Shown here in pieces: positions 38,301-47,988 of a stretch of 64,000 nt of DNA. Below the pieces are notes generated by a model that ran no database searches, was not told where the DNA came from, and saw only the letters and a list, made by a program, of their open reading frames with translations. The stretch lies in assembly GCA_963695895.1 (NCBI GenBank), contig CAVOIK010000033.1:28426-92425 (forward strand), written 5' to 3'. The stretch comes from an uncultured delta proteobacterium. GTDB lineage: Bacteria; Desulfobacterota; BSN033; UBA1163. Each line of letters starts with the position of its first letter. The stretch's first letter is position 1. A program made the translations under genes and the position numbers.

Positions 38301-38812
38301 GCCGAAAGAACGGAGGGGAGGTCAAGATCTGTGGTCTTGTGAGCGAGCTCAAGGAGATCGTCACCAAGAAAGGGGATCGGATGGCTTTTCTCACCCTCGA
38401 GGACATGAAAGGGTTTGTCGAAGTCATCCTCTTTCCGGAAGTCTTCCGGGCAGCGCTGCCCGTCCTGAGTGGGGGAGACCCGATCCTTGTGCGAGGGACG
38501 CTTGATCCATCGGAAGATCACGTCAAGATCAAGGCCACCGAGGTCCAAACCCTCCCGGAAATGTCCCTGCCTTCCGAAAAAAACCTTCGCTTGAAGATCT
38601 CTCTCACCTCCTTGATGCCGTCTCAGCTTGAAGGGTTAAAAGAGATCCTGACCGACCATCGGGGGCACACCAGAGTATTGCTGCATCTCATCAACGGGAA
38701 ACAACAGGAAACGATCATTGCCCTGTCGGACCAATATGCTGTGGATCCATCTCCGCTGTTTCAAGACCGGGTGAAGAACCTTTTCCAACCCTCCGTCATT
38801 TCGATCGAATGA
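35339..38812 (+). CDS. dnaE: DNA polymerase III alpha subunit
   Basis: PHP domain FIHLHVHSQYSLLDG, polymerase core, and OB fold. 1157 aa in one uninterrupted frame. Confidence 0.97.
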   Translation: MTDSRLTMMQHADFIHLHVHSQYSLLDGAIRFDEMLELARQYQMGAVALTDHGNMFGVVEFYQKAIQHGVKPIVGCEVYVAPGSRLDKKSGIGEGAYHLTLLAMNRTGYFNLLRLVSLAFLEGFYYKPRVDKDLLSHYHEGLIALSGCLKGEVAVHASKGEMKRALQSAEEYERIFDHQRYFVEIQNNGVENQALLNERLLEIAHERSLPLVATNDCHYLHREDSPAHEVLLCIQTGKTLQEADRMKFSSEEFYFKSPQEMRELFQDHSDALAHTLEIADRCNLDLRFDEKHIPRISVPQGESLNSTLDKLAREGLGQRLLSLREKKDFGGREPKYRARLEEELTVIKSMGFAGYFLIVADFIHFAKSRGIPVGPGRGSAAGSLVAYSLNITDLDPIEYDLIFERFLNPGRKSSMPDVDVDFCMEGRDDVIHYVMDKYGKENVAQIITFGKMQARAVIRDVGRVMGIPYAEVDRVAKLIPATLNITLEQALEQEPRLRELMGKDPRIASLFKIAKSLEGLARHASTHAAGVVIANKPLMEYLPLCRGQDGEVMTQYPMKDVEKIGLVKFDFLGLKTLTVVNNALQLIEKHRGVKIDLSQLPLDDSETFALLGGAETLGIFQLESSGMRDLLSKLRPESFREIIALVALYRPGPLGSGMVEEFIKRKHGKESIRYEVKELEDILSDTYGVIVYQEQVMRIASTLSNFSLEDADILRRAMSKKDPREMEMQKEKFLEGARKNRIPRSKAEKIFDLMAKFAEYGFNKSHSAAYALLAYETAYLKAHYPIEFMAASLTSEVQNPDKIVKYIAECRDMGIEILPPDLNESQKSFAVVGNQIRFGLAAVKNVGDAAIDAILAEREGQGKFGSLSDFCRRVDLRKVNRRVIESLVKCGAFDFSKAYRSQILSRLDELLERSQSDQKKKGEPQLSMWSTADARQEDSYPDIEEFPEKQLIALEKETMGFYISRHPLARLQEDIKRITHEDTSTLARRKNGGEVKICGLVSELKEIVTKKGDRMAFLTLEDMKGFVEVILFPEVFRAALPVLSGGDPILVRGTLDPSEDHVKIKATEVQTLPEMSLPSEKNLRLKISLTSLMPSQLEGLKEILTDHRGHTRVLLHLINGKQQETIIALSDQYAVDPSPLFQDRVKNLFQPSVISIE

Positions 38813-38951
38813 AGCTCCCTGCCCATCCCGTTAAGACGGGACAGGCACGGCAGGGGCTTCCGGGAGATGTAAACACGATTACAGGGTCGGCTTTCCTCCC
38901 CGCCCCTGCCTACTGGCAGGAAGGCGGGGCATCCAGCCGACTTACCCGTGA
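38810..38951 (-). repeat. two-hairpin intergenic repeat, subtype A, inverted copy A12
   Basis: The dnaE stop TGA (38810..38812) is the first three bases of TGAAGCTCCCTGCCCatCCCGTTAAGACGGG...GCTTCCGGGAGATGTAAACACGATTACAGGGTCGGCT...CCTGCCTACTGGCAGG...AGCCGACTTACCCGTGA. accA starts 10 nt later. Confidence 0.9.
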
Positions 38952-38960
38952 GCCAAGAGT

Positions 38961-39929
38961 ATGGTAAGACACTATCTCGAATTCGAGAAACCCATTGTTG
39001 AGCTGGAAGACGAAATCGGGCATCTCAAACGATTCTCGAGGGATAAACAGATTCACTTCAGCGAGAAGCTGAAAGGTCTGGAAGAAAAACTCCAGCGTCT
39101 TCAGAAAGAGATTTATTCCACCCTATCCGCTTGGCAGATCACGCAACTGGCGCGACACATTGATCGGCCAAAGGCTTCCCACTATCTCCGGCGAATGTTT
39201 GACAGCTTTGTCGAGCTTCACGGCGACCGAAGTTTTGGTGATGACCCGGCCATCGTCGGCGGACTCTGCAAATTCAATGGACGATCCGTGGTCGTGATTG
39301 CGCATCAGAAGGGGTCCGATGCGAGGGAAATGGTCCAGCGGAATTTTGGGATGCCCCACCCTGAAGGATATCGAAAAGCCTTAAGGCTGATGCAATTAGC
39401 CGAATTGTTTGGAAAGCCCATTCTCACGATGATCGATACCCCAGGCGCCTATCCCGGCGTAGGAGCAGAAGAGAGGGGTCAGGCAGAGGCGATCGCGAGA
39501 AACCTCAAGAGTATGATCACCCTTCGCACTCCGATTGTCACCACGGTCATTGGAGAGGGCGGGAGTGGGGGAGCATTGGCCATCGGCGTTGGAGACCGAA
39601 TTCTCATGCTCGAGTACTCGATCTACTCCGTCATCTCTCCAGAAGGGTGTGCGGCGATTCTTTGGAAGGATGGGGCGAAAGGAAGGATTGCTGCAGAATC
39701 GTTGAAACTGACAGCCCGGGACCTGTATAGGCTCGGAGTGATCGATGAGGTCGTCAAGGAACCCTTGGGAGGAGGACACCGCGATCCGCAACAAATCGCT
39801 GGAACCCTAAAGGAGGCGGTGGAACGCCACCTCAAAGAGCTGGAGACTCTTCCCACGGAGGAGCTTCTAAGGCGACGATACGAGAAGTTCAGAAAGATGG
39901 GGTCCTTCGTCGAGGTGGGCTCTGGATGA
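38961..39929 (+). CDS. accA: acetyl-CoA carboxylase carboxyltransferase alpha subunit
   Basis: LEFEKPIVELE...RHIDRP...TMIDTPGAYPGVGAEERGQAEAIARNL...GEGGSGGALAIG. Confidence 0.95.
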   Translation: MVRHYLEFEKPIVELEDEIGHLKRFSRDKQIHFSEKLKGLEEKLQRLQKEIYSTLSAWQITQLARHIDRPKASHYLRRMFDSFVELHGDRSFGDDPAIVGGLCKFNGRSVVVIAHQKGSDAREMVQRNFGMPHPEGYRKALRLMQLAELFGKPILTMIDTPGAYPGVGAEERGQAEAIARNLKSMITLRTPIVTTVIGEGGSGGALAIGVGDRILMLEYSIYSVISPEGCAAILWKDGAKGRIAAESLKLTARDLYRLGVIDEVVKEPLGGGHRDPQQIAGTLKEAVERHLKELETLPTEELLRRRYEKFRKMGSFVEVGSG

Positions 39930-40089
39930 GAACGGTTGACGTGAGAATTCAGCCGCCCCGTTCGCTGGATCGCAGCGTCGAGGCCGAGGGCGGCACGCAA
40001 GCTCCTCCCTTTGAGCAAAGGGGTCGGAAGACCTGCTTTTCAGGACCTGGGAACCCAGAATCCAAAGCTCCAGTCGGCTCCTCCTTACC

Positions 40090-40200
40090 TTACCGGCAAG
40101 TGCCCCGTAAGCCTTGCCCTTGAGGGCGGGGCCAAGGGGCACACTATAAAAGGAAAGTGCCTTCCCGGGAAGCGACGCCCTTTAGGGCGTGGAGCTTCAA
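40090..40200 (+). repeat. two-hairpin intergenic repeat, subtype B, copy B13
   Basis: TTACCGGCAAGTGCCCCgtaagCCttGCCCttgaGGGCGGGGccaaGGGGCACACTATAAAAGGAAAGTGCCTTCCCGGGAAGCGACGCCCtttaGGGCGTGGAGCTTCAA. Confidence 0.9.
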
Positions 40201-40219
40201 ATAAGAATGGATTCCCACC

Positions 40220-41971
40220 ATGGCGAAGAGAATCCAAGTCCTGCCTGAACGAATTGCCCAAAAGATTGCAGCGGGAGAGGTTGTTGAAAGGCCTGCATCC
40301 GTGGTCAAGGAGCTGATGGAGAATGCCATCGATGCAAGAAGTTCAGAGATCGTTGTTGAACTGAAAGCCGGCGGGCTCCAGCTCATTCGCGTCATCGACA
40401 ATGGAGAAGGGATCGATCAAGAGGATATTCCGCTCGCCCTTCAAAGATTCGCGACAAGTAAGATCAGACGAGTTGAAGATCTGTACGATATTCATACCTT
40501 GGGCTTTAGAGGAGAGGCCCTTCCGAGCATTGCTTCTGTCTCCCACATGATCATCAAGAGTCGAGTGGCCCAGGCGCTGAGTGGGACACGGATCATCTGC
40601 GAAGGGGGTGCAATCAAAGAGACATCCGAGATCGGGTGCCCTGTGGGCACAGAGGTGGAGGTCAGAGATCTCTTCTACAATTTTCCTGTCAAGAGAAAGT
40701 TCCTGAAATCGATCCGTTCTGAGCTTCGCCAGGCCCTGAGTCAGTTTCTTCGGCTCGGCCTTGGCCACCCCTCCATTTCCTTTAAATTGATTCATGATGA
40801 CCGGGTGATCCAAGAATTGGTGAGTTCCGAGTCCACTGCGGTTCGGATCGAGGCCGTCTTGGGTGGGGCCATATACGAGCAACTGCGGCCCATTGCGTCC
40901 GAGGAAGAAGAGGTTCAGATTTCTGGATTTGCGAGTCTTCCTTCCTTCTCCAGAGGGACGACTGAAGGGATTTACCTCTTTGTCAATGATCGGTTTGTTC
41001 GGGATCGGATGGTCTTGAAGGCTATTACCGATGCCTACCGTCATGTGATCCCTTCAGGGAAGTTCCCTACCGTCCTGCTCTGGATCACTCTTCCCCCTTC
41101 CGCCGTGGATGTGAATGTCCATCCGACAAAGGCCGAAGTCAAGTTCAGAGACCCTGAGCGGGTTTTTCACGCCGTCCACACCGTCCTCCGTGCCTTCCAC
41201 GAACCGTTCCCTCAGGCGCTGGGATCTTCATCCAGGGAGGAGGTCATCACCGGGTTCAAAGAGAGAGAAGTTCCCTTTCCTTCCCTCCCCATCTCCCTTC
41301 ATACAAGAGGAGCGCTTTCAAGATCACGCATGGGAGAGGATATTCCCAGCGTGCGCGAGGGGGCTCCTTCTGAATGGACCGCGGAACCGAGGCATTCTTT
41401 GCACCTCCTGGGACAGGCCTTTGACACCTTCTTGATCTGCGAGGTCGATGAAGGCCTCCTCTTCATCGACCAGCATGCGGCCCATGAACGTCTCCTCTTT
41501 GAGAAATTCAAAAGACAAATCGAAACCCAATCCGTACCCGTGGTCAAGTTGCTCATTCCCCGTTTAGTCGAACTGTCGGCTGAGGAATCTCTCGCCTTAG
41601 AGTCGTCTCTTGGCGAGTTGCATTCGTTGGGGTTTGAGATTGATCAAGCAGGTCAAAAGGTCTATGCGATTCGGTCTGTTCCAGCAGTCTTCGATCAGAT
41701 CGATCCCCAGGAGGTTCTTAGAGAGATATTGCAGGAGACTGCAGTTCTCAGCCAGGGAGGCAAAGGAACGGACATTCTCCATACTCTCCTAATTACTCTG
41801 GCTTGCCATTCAGCCGTTCGAGGTCGGGCCTCACTGCAGCAGGAGGAATTGGAGCAATTGGTTGGGGATTTGAGCTTCCTTCGCTTGTCCACCACCTGTC
41901 CTCACGGCCGACCGATATTCTTCTTGCTTGCGCGGGAAGAATTGAACAGGCAATTCAAGCGAAGCCGTTAG
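40220..41971 (+). CDS. mutL: DNA mismatch repair protein MutL
   Basis: IQVLPERIAQKIAAGEVVERPASVVKELMENAIDA, GFRGEAL, and a C-terminal dimerisation/endonuclease domain (FLIDQHAAHERLLFE, ACHSAVR). Confidence 0.95.
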   Translation: MAKRIQVLPERIAQKIAAGEVVERPASVVKELMENAIDARSSEIVVELKAGGLQLIRVIDNGEGIDQEDIPLALQRFATSKIRRVEDLYDIHTLGFRGEALPSIASVSHMIIKSRVAQALSGTRIICEGGAIKETSEIGCPVGTEVEVRDLFYNFPVKRKFLKSIRSELRQALSQFLRLGLGHPSISFKLIHDDRVIQELVSSESTAVRIEAVLGGAIYEQLRPIASEEEEVQISGFASLPSFSRGTTEGIYLFVNDRFVRDRMVLKAITDAYRHVIPSGKFPTVLLWITLPPSAVDVNVHPTKAEVKFRDPERVFHAVHTVLRAFHEPFPQALGSSSREEVITGFKEREVPFPSLPISLHTRGALSRSRMGEDIPSVREGAPSEWTAEPRHSLHLLGQAFDTFLICEVDEGLLFIDQHAAHERLLFEKFKRQIETQSVPVVKLLIPRLVELSAEESLALESSLGELHSLGFEIDQAGQKVYAIRSVPAVFDQIDPQEVLREILQETAVLSQGGKGTDILHTLLITLACHSAVRGRASLQQEELEQLVGDLSFLRLSTTCPHGRPIFFLLAREELNRQFKRSR

Positions 41972-42268
41972 ACCACGGCATTCTGTCTCGTCTCGACTCA
42001 TAGGGTAACAGAGGCGGCCTCGTCCTGATAGACCTGGCCCCGTCGCTTCACAGCCTCCGCAGTGACCCTTCTCAGGTTCTCAGGCGGGGAATCTCTCACC
42101 CCTTCCAGCCTCTAAAGGGCTGGCTTTCCCCTTCCTGCTCACCTGAGTGGGTGACCCCACTGCTCCCGGCCAGTTTCTCTCCAGGACAATGGTTCACAAT
42201 GTAAGAAGACTTTTTGAGTTTGTAGGAGTGGTGGGGCGAGCGATCAAGAAGATGCTCAGCGGGAAGCT

Positions 42269-43660
42269 TCATTCTATCCCGTCGTGGTCCAGGCCATATT
42301 TCTCAAGGCGGTACCGCATGGAACGAAAGTTGATGCGAAGCAATTCGGCCGCTTTCTTTTTGATTCCCTTCGTTCGATCCAAGGCTTTCAAGAGCAGGGC
42401 TCTTTCAATCTCTTCAATCACCTTCTCAAGGTCAATTCCATCCGGAGGAATGTCGAGATCGATGGCACTTCGTTTGCCCTGAATCTGTTCGTCCAGGTAG
42501 GAACTGAGATGCTGGGGGGTCAACTCATTTCCGTTTCCCAAGGCTACCGCCCGTTCAATGATGTTCTGAAGCTCCCGAACATTGCCAGGATACTCGTAGT
42601 TGAGCAACATAGTGAGGGCTTCGGGCGAGACCTTCAAGATGTTCTTGTTCAGTTCTTCTGAATACTTTTTCAGAAAATGGGCAGCCAGAATGGGAATGTC
42701 TTCCTTTCTGTCACGGAGAGGGGGCATTTTAACCTGAATCACGTTGAGGCGGTAGAACAAATCCTCCCGGAATTGTTTTTCCTTCACCGTCTCCTCTAAA
42801 TCCTTGTTCGTCGCAGAGATAATCCTCACGTCCACTCGAATATCTTCTGTTCCTCCCACCCGCTTGAATTCTTTGTCCTGGAGGACCCGGAGCAACTTGA
42901 CCTGCATCAGCAGTGGAAGTTCGCTGATTTCATCCAGGAAAATCGTTCCTTCATCAGCCATTTCGAACAATCCCTTCTTGGTGGTAATGGCGTCCGTGAA
43001 GGCTCCTTTCATGTGACCGAAGAGCTCACTCTCGATGAGCGATTCAGGAATGGCACCGCAGTTCAAGGTAACAAAAGGCTTATCTTTTCTTGAACTGTTG
43101 TAATGGACCGCCTTGGCTGCGAGTTCTTTTCCCGTCCCGCTTTCCCCAGTAATGAGGATATTCGTCTTGGTGGGAGCTATTTTTTCCAGAAGATCATAAA
43201 GGGCCAACATCTTGGAACTCTGGCCGATGATACTTCCAAAGCGATAGCGATCGCGGACCACCTGCTTCAGCAAGAGGTTTTCTTTTTGAAGATTTTTCTT
43301 TTCCAAGGCGTTTTTGATGATCAGCTTGATCTCATCGACCTTGAACGGCTTGGTAATGTAATCGTAAGCCCCCTCTTTCATGGCTTTAATCGCCGTGTCC
43401 GCGGACGCGTAGGCCGTGATCATGATGACAATGGTCTCAGGAGATGCAGTTTTGATCTTTTTCAAGACGCCAATGCCGTCCAGTCTGGGCATCCGAATAT
43501 CCAGAAGGATCAGGTCAAAGAGGTCCTTGTCAATAAGCTTCAAGACCTCCTCTCCGTTGGAGGCCAGGGAGACCTTGTACCCCTCCTTTTTGAGCATGAT
43601 ATCCAAAAATTCTCGCATGCTCTGCTCATCATCGGCAACTAAGATTCTATCTTCTAACAT
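42269..43660 (-). CDS. pilR: sigma-54-dependent response regulator (REC-AAA+-HTH), PilR-like by context
   Basis: ILVADDEQSMREFL...LLDIRMPRLDG, GESGTGKELAAKAVH, GAFTDA (GAFTGA variant), and a Fis-type HTH. Adjacent to the pilS-like kinase and pilCTB. Confidence 0.8.
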   Translation of the reverse strand: MLEDRILVADDEQSMREFLDIMLKKEGYKVSLASNGEEVLKLIDKDLFDLILLDIRMPRLDGIGVLKKIKTASPETIVIMITAYASADTAIKAMKEGAYDYITKPFKVDEIKLIIKNALEKKNLQKENLLLKQVVRDRYRFGSIIGQSSKMLALYDLLEKIAPTKTNILITGESGTGKELAAKAVHYNSSRKDKPFVTLNCGAIPESLIESELFGHMKGAFTDAITTKKGLFEMADEGTIFLDEISELPLLMQVKLLRVLQDKEFKRVGGTEDIRVDVRIISATNKDLEETVKEKQFREDLFYRLNVIQVKMPPLRDRKEDIPILAAHFLKKYSEELNKNILKVSPEALTMLLNYEYPGNVRELQNIIERAVALGNGNELTPQHLSSYLDEQIQGKRSAIDLDIPPDGIDLEKVIEEIERALLLKALDRTKGIKKKAAELLRINFRSMRYRLEKYGLDHDGIE

Positions 43661-45397
43661 GCTTTCGTCTCCTCATCTCTATCGGTAGGCAGAAAGATGG
43701 CAAAGGTTGACCCTCGATCCACCTCACTCTCCACCGTGATCACGCCCTTATGGTTTTCAATGATCTTGTGGACAATCGACAATCCGAGCCCTGTTCCTCC
43801 ATCCTTGGTGGTATAGAAAGGATCGAAGATCTTCTCTTTCTCTTGGGGGGGAATTCCGACGCCAGAATCCGAAATTGAGATCTTCACCCAGGACTCTTCC
43901 CTCTGGGAGGAAGGCCAAGGGGGATTGGATGATTGGAGGCCGTTTTCTCTTTTTTCAAGGAGGATTCGTAGATCTCCGCCGCTGGACATGGCCTGAGCGG
44001 CATTAATCAAGAGGTTCCAGAACACTTGTTTCATCTGATCTGGGTCGATCATGACCTCGAGCGATGGGTGGCCTTGAGGACGGTGAATTCGAATCTTTGA
44101 ATGGTACTTTGGAGAGTTCTGTAAGAGATCGATCGTTTCTTCAAGAAGGGGTTCGATTTTTGAGAGGGTTTTGTTCGTTTTAGGAGGTTGAGCAAAAAGG
44201 AGGAAGTCTGTAATGAGAGAATTCAATCTTTCCGATTCTCTCAGAATAATGTCCATCAGTCTTGTATTACTGGGATCCAGAACGAGTTCGGATCTCAGCA
44301 CTTGAATGGCCCCAGACAGACGAGGTCAGTGGATTTCGGATCTCATGAGCCATCCCCGCAGCCAACTGTCCGATGGCAGCCATCTTGTCAAATCGGATCA
44401 TCTGTTCTTCCATCTCTTTGAATTTCGTGATGTCCTGAAAAATCAGGGTATGTCCCATGAGTGATCCGTGGGGGCCGGGGAGGGGAGAGATGGAGAACCC
44501 GAGATAAACCCGTTTCCCCTCTGGATGGATAAAGAGGGTCTCGTAGCGTTGATAGTCCAAGGAGGTTTCTGTTCCCTTCCGTTTGATGCGATCGATCACC
44601 TCCTGGATCTTTGGGAAGAGGTCGTAGGCGGAGACATTTCTCAATCCCTCTCCATTCACATTGAGTATTTTTTCAGCGGTTCGATTCAGAAAATTGATCT
44701 TCCCTTCCGGATCGATGGTCAAGAGTCCGCTATCGAGGCTTTGGATAATATTCCGATTGAAGGTTTCAAGCTGGTCATAGTCGTCCTGCTTCTGGATCAG
44801 CTCGCTCCTTTTCCGTTTCAGTTCCTCGGAGATTACACTGCTGAGGAAGGCCACAATATAAAAAGCAGCCATGTAAAGAACGAGAGAATAGAAGAATTGG
44901 CCAGGTTCAAAAACGTCGGAGGTCTGTCCGATCGGATGGATCACCCGATAGTACTGAAGGAGGAGGAGAAGTCCATAGAGCAAGGTCGCAAGCGAGGCAG
45001 AGAAAAAAGCTCCGCGTTTGAAGAAGATGACGCTACTCCCAATGATGGAGAAGATATACGTCATCGGGAAGAAGCTGTCTTTCCCGCCGGTGAAGAAAAC
45101 GAGTCCAATAATGAAGAAATGATCGAGCACCATTTGAACAAAAGTGAATCGACGGAGATCCTGGACGGACCGGAGCAGGACATCGTATAGGATGGTGACC
45201 AGGTAGAAAAACCCGATGAAGTAGTAGAAACTGTTCGTTAACGGGATGAAGAACGACCGCTTCTCTGAGATCTGAAAGACAAAGGAGATCGTCAAGAGCA
45301 GGGTGAGGATGACGACACGACACAGCATCACCCCTTTGACGCTTTTCATAGCCCTTTGTTGCAAGTCTACGGGAAGGGCGGCTGCCGGTTCGATCAA
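43654..45397 (-). CDS. pilS: PilS-like sensor histidine kinase (multi-TM N-domain, PAS, HisKA, HATPase), frame broken once
   Basis: ORF 44267..45397 ends ...AAGMAHEIRNPLTS. ORF 43654..44301 continues (SGAIQV)LRSELVLDPSNTRLMDIILRESERL...GTGLGLSIVHKIIENHKG. The frame switch is near 44315..44325. Confidence 0.75.
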
Positions 45398-45417
45398 TGC
45401 GTCTCCTTCTCAGGTTC

Positions 45418-45606
45418 ATAGGCAAGTCGGCTGAAGGTTCCACCCTGCCTAGGCGCGTCTGTCTGTCCATAGACAGCGGAGGCAGGGAAGGCGAAAATGG
45501 ACTCCAGCACCGGAGTCAAAGCCGACCGTGTGTCACATTCCATCAGCATTATCTGGAAGTCTCGCCCCTGTGACTGCCTAGCGCTGCACAGGGTGAGAAG
45601 CTTCAC
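45418..45606 (+). repeat. divergent subtype-A repeat, copy A14
   Basis: cATAGGCAAGTCGGCT...CCTGCCTAGG..GGCAGG...GGACTCCagcaccGGAGTCaaAGCCGACCGTGTGTCACATTCCATCAGCATTATCTGGAAGT...GAAGCTTCAC. The helices are retained through compensatory and wobble changes. Confidence 0.75.
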
Positions 45607-45624
45607 TTGGGTCATTCAGTTCAC

Positions 45625-46832
45625 TTAACCAACCGCAGAGGCCATACTGAAGATGGGCAGATACATGGCAATGACGACCCCTCCGATGACCACTCCCAGG
45701 AAGATCATCAGGAGAGGCTCTAGCATGGATGTCAAGTTGGACACGGCCACATCTACCTCATCTTCAAAAAACTCGGCAATTTTGGTCAGCATCGAGTCTA
45801 GGGCTCCCGTCGACTCCCCGACGGAAATCATCTGAATGACCATGGGCGGGAAGATGTTGCTTCGGCCAAGCGGTTCTGCGATCGTTTCACCCTCACGAAT
45901 GCTGGCCCGGGCATTGAGGATGGCCGTTTCAATCACCTTATTCCCTGCCGTCTTGGAAACAATGTTCAGTCCATCCAAAATGGGAACACCGCTACTCACT
46001 AAGGTTCCTAGGGTGCGGGAAAAACGGGCGACTGCGATCTTCCTGAAGAGGTCTCCAAAGACCGGGGCCTTCAAAAGCAGTCGGTCCATGACGGTTTTTC
46101 CGTTTTCAGTGTGATGATATTTCCGAAGCAGGAAAATGGCCAAAATGATGGCAGGGACGACAATAAAGATATATTTCCTCACGAATTTGCTGATCTCCAC
46201 CACGATCAGGGTCGGAAGGGGAAGGTTTTGCCCCGCCGATGAAAACATCGTCTCGAAGACTGGGATCACAAAAATCATCAGGATCGATGACCACGCCGAT
46301 CGCCACGGTCACGATGACCGAAGGATAGACAAGCGCAGACTTGACCTTCTTCTTGAGGGCTTCCGCCTTTTCAATGTATGCCGCCAAGCGGTTGAGGATA
46401 TTGTCCAGAATGCCTCCCTCTTCGCCGGCCACGACCAGGTTGGTGTAGAGGTCGTTGAAGACGTTGGGGTGTTTCTTAAGGGCTCCCGCAAAGGTCGAAC
46501 CTCCCTCCACGTCTTCACGGATCTCCCGCAGGATCCCCTTGAAAATCTTGTTATCCTGTTGGGAGGCCAGGATTTCAAGAGATTGAACCAGAGGGCAGCC
46601 CCGCATCGATCATGGTGGCGAGTTGTCGTGTAAAGATAGCGATGGCGCGCTGCGGAACTCGCTTGCCAAAGGGGAAAGAAATGGTGATTTCCTTTCCCTT
46701 GGCCGAGATCTTCGTGGGGATGATGTTCTGTTGTCTGAGATGGATGCGGATGGCTCCTTCGGTGGCTGCCTCCATCTCTCCTTTCTTGACGACTCCCTTC
46801 AGTGTTTTTCCTTCCCATTTATAGATCGGCAT
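45625..46832 (-). CDS. pilC: type IV pilus platform protein PilC (GspF family), frame broken twice
   Basis: Three consecutive ORFs (46575..46832, 46106..46606, 45625..46278) join to a complete PilC: ...FTRQLATMIDAGLP|LVQSLEILASQQDN...VTVAIGVVI|LMIFVIPVFETMF...GESTGALDSML. Breaks are near 46592 and 46283..46287. Confidence 0.8.
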
Positions 46833-46856
46833 AGTGGTTCCCTTTCACTCTTGCGT

Positions 46857-47962
46857 TTAGGCGGCTTTGCCTGGTTTCTTCCCTCTTTCAACGATTCCAA
46901 CGTTCGCAAGCATTTGTCGCAACTCATCGAGATTATGGCTGTGTTCCAAGGCATCATCGAGAGTGATGAGATGACGTTCGCAAAGCGACAGGAGGGCCTG
47001 GTTCATGGTTTGCATTCCTGATCTGGCCTGACCCGACTGCATGTTGGAGTAGATCTGCTGAATTTTGTCTTCTCGAATGAGGTTTCGGATGGCCGGATTC
47101 GGAATCATGGCTTCCATGGCGAGGACCCGGCCAGGCCCAGTGGCGCGGGCAAGAAGCTGTTGCGCGAGAACCGCTTCAAGAACGAACGAGAGCTGAGTCC
47201 GGATCTGTTGCTGCTGGTGGGGAGGAAAGACATCGATGATTCGGTTGATGGTTTCTACGCAGGAATTGGTGTGCAACGTGGCGAAGGTTAAATGGCCCGT
47301 TTCCGCAGTGATCAGGGCCGCCTCAATCGTCTCCAGATCTCTCATCTCACCGATGAGAATGACATCGGGGTCCTGGCGGAGGATATGTCTCAACGCCGCC
47401 CCAAAAGTCTTGGTATCGGAGTTCACTTCTCGTTGATTGATGATGCACTTTTTGTGCTTGTGGAGATACTCGATGGGATCCTCAATGGTGAGGATGTGGG
47501 CATTTCGTTCCTGGTTGATCTTGTCGATCATCGCAGCCAGGGTGGTGGACTTTCCAGTTCCTGTGGGTCCTGTGACGAGGACAAGGCCTTTGGGCTTCTT
47601 GATGAGCTCATTCACCACGGGAAGAATTCCCAATTCAGAGAAGCCCATGATGTCAAAAGGGATCGACTCGAAACGCCCCCGCCACCGCTCCCCGCTGCAT
47701 ATAAATGTTCCCACGGAATCGGCTGAGCCCCTTGATCCCGAAGGAGAAGTCGAGTTCATTCTCCTCTTCGAACTTGTGCCGCTGGGCATCGGTCAGTAAG
47801 CTGTAGCAGAGCCGTTTTGTGTCAGTGGCATTCAGCGATCGTGCTGTCAAAACCGACCAGTTTCCCGTCGACTCGAAATTGGGGAGGAGCCCCTGTCGTA
47901 ATGTGCAAGTCAGAGGCCTTCTTCTCAATCACGGTTTCCAGAAGTTTTTGCAGTTCAACCAT
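46857..47962 (-). CDS. pilT: twitching-motility ATPase PilT, frame broken at least twice
   Basis: Own translation from ATG 47962 gives MVELQKLLETVIEKKASDLHITTGAPPQFRVDGKLV. It continues in ORF 47653..47928 (VLTARSLNATDTKRLCYSLLTDAQRHKFEEENELDFSF...GAFR), then ORF 46857..47789 (IPFDIMGFSELG...VTGPTGTGKSTTLAAMID). Breaks are near 47853..47856 and 47665..47670. Confidence 0.8.
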
Positions 47963-47988
47963 CTCTTTCCCCCTTCTTTTTCTGAGGA

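Noticed and set aside
42040-42271. Additional degenerate repeat copies in the mutL-pilR convergent spacer (GTCGCTTCAC at about 42045, GGGAAGCTTCA at 42261..42271).
   Set aside because: Only the 7-11-nt terminal motif is present. Stem 1, the linker and the hairpin apices cannot be aligned. I keep only the observation that the pilR stop lies in the second motif.
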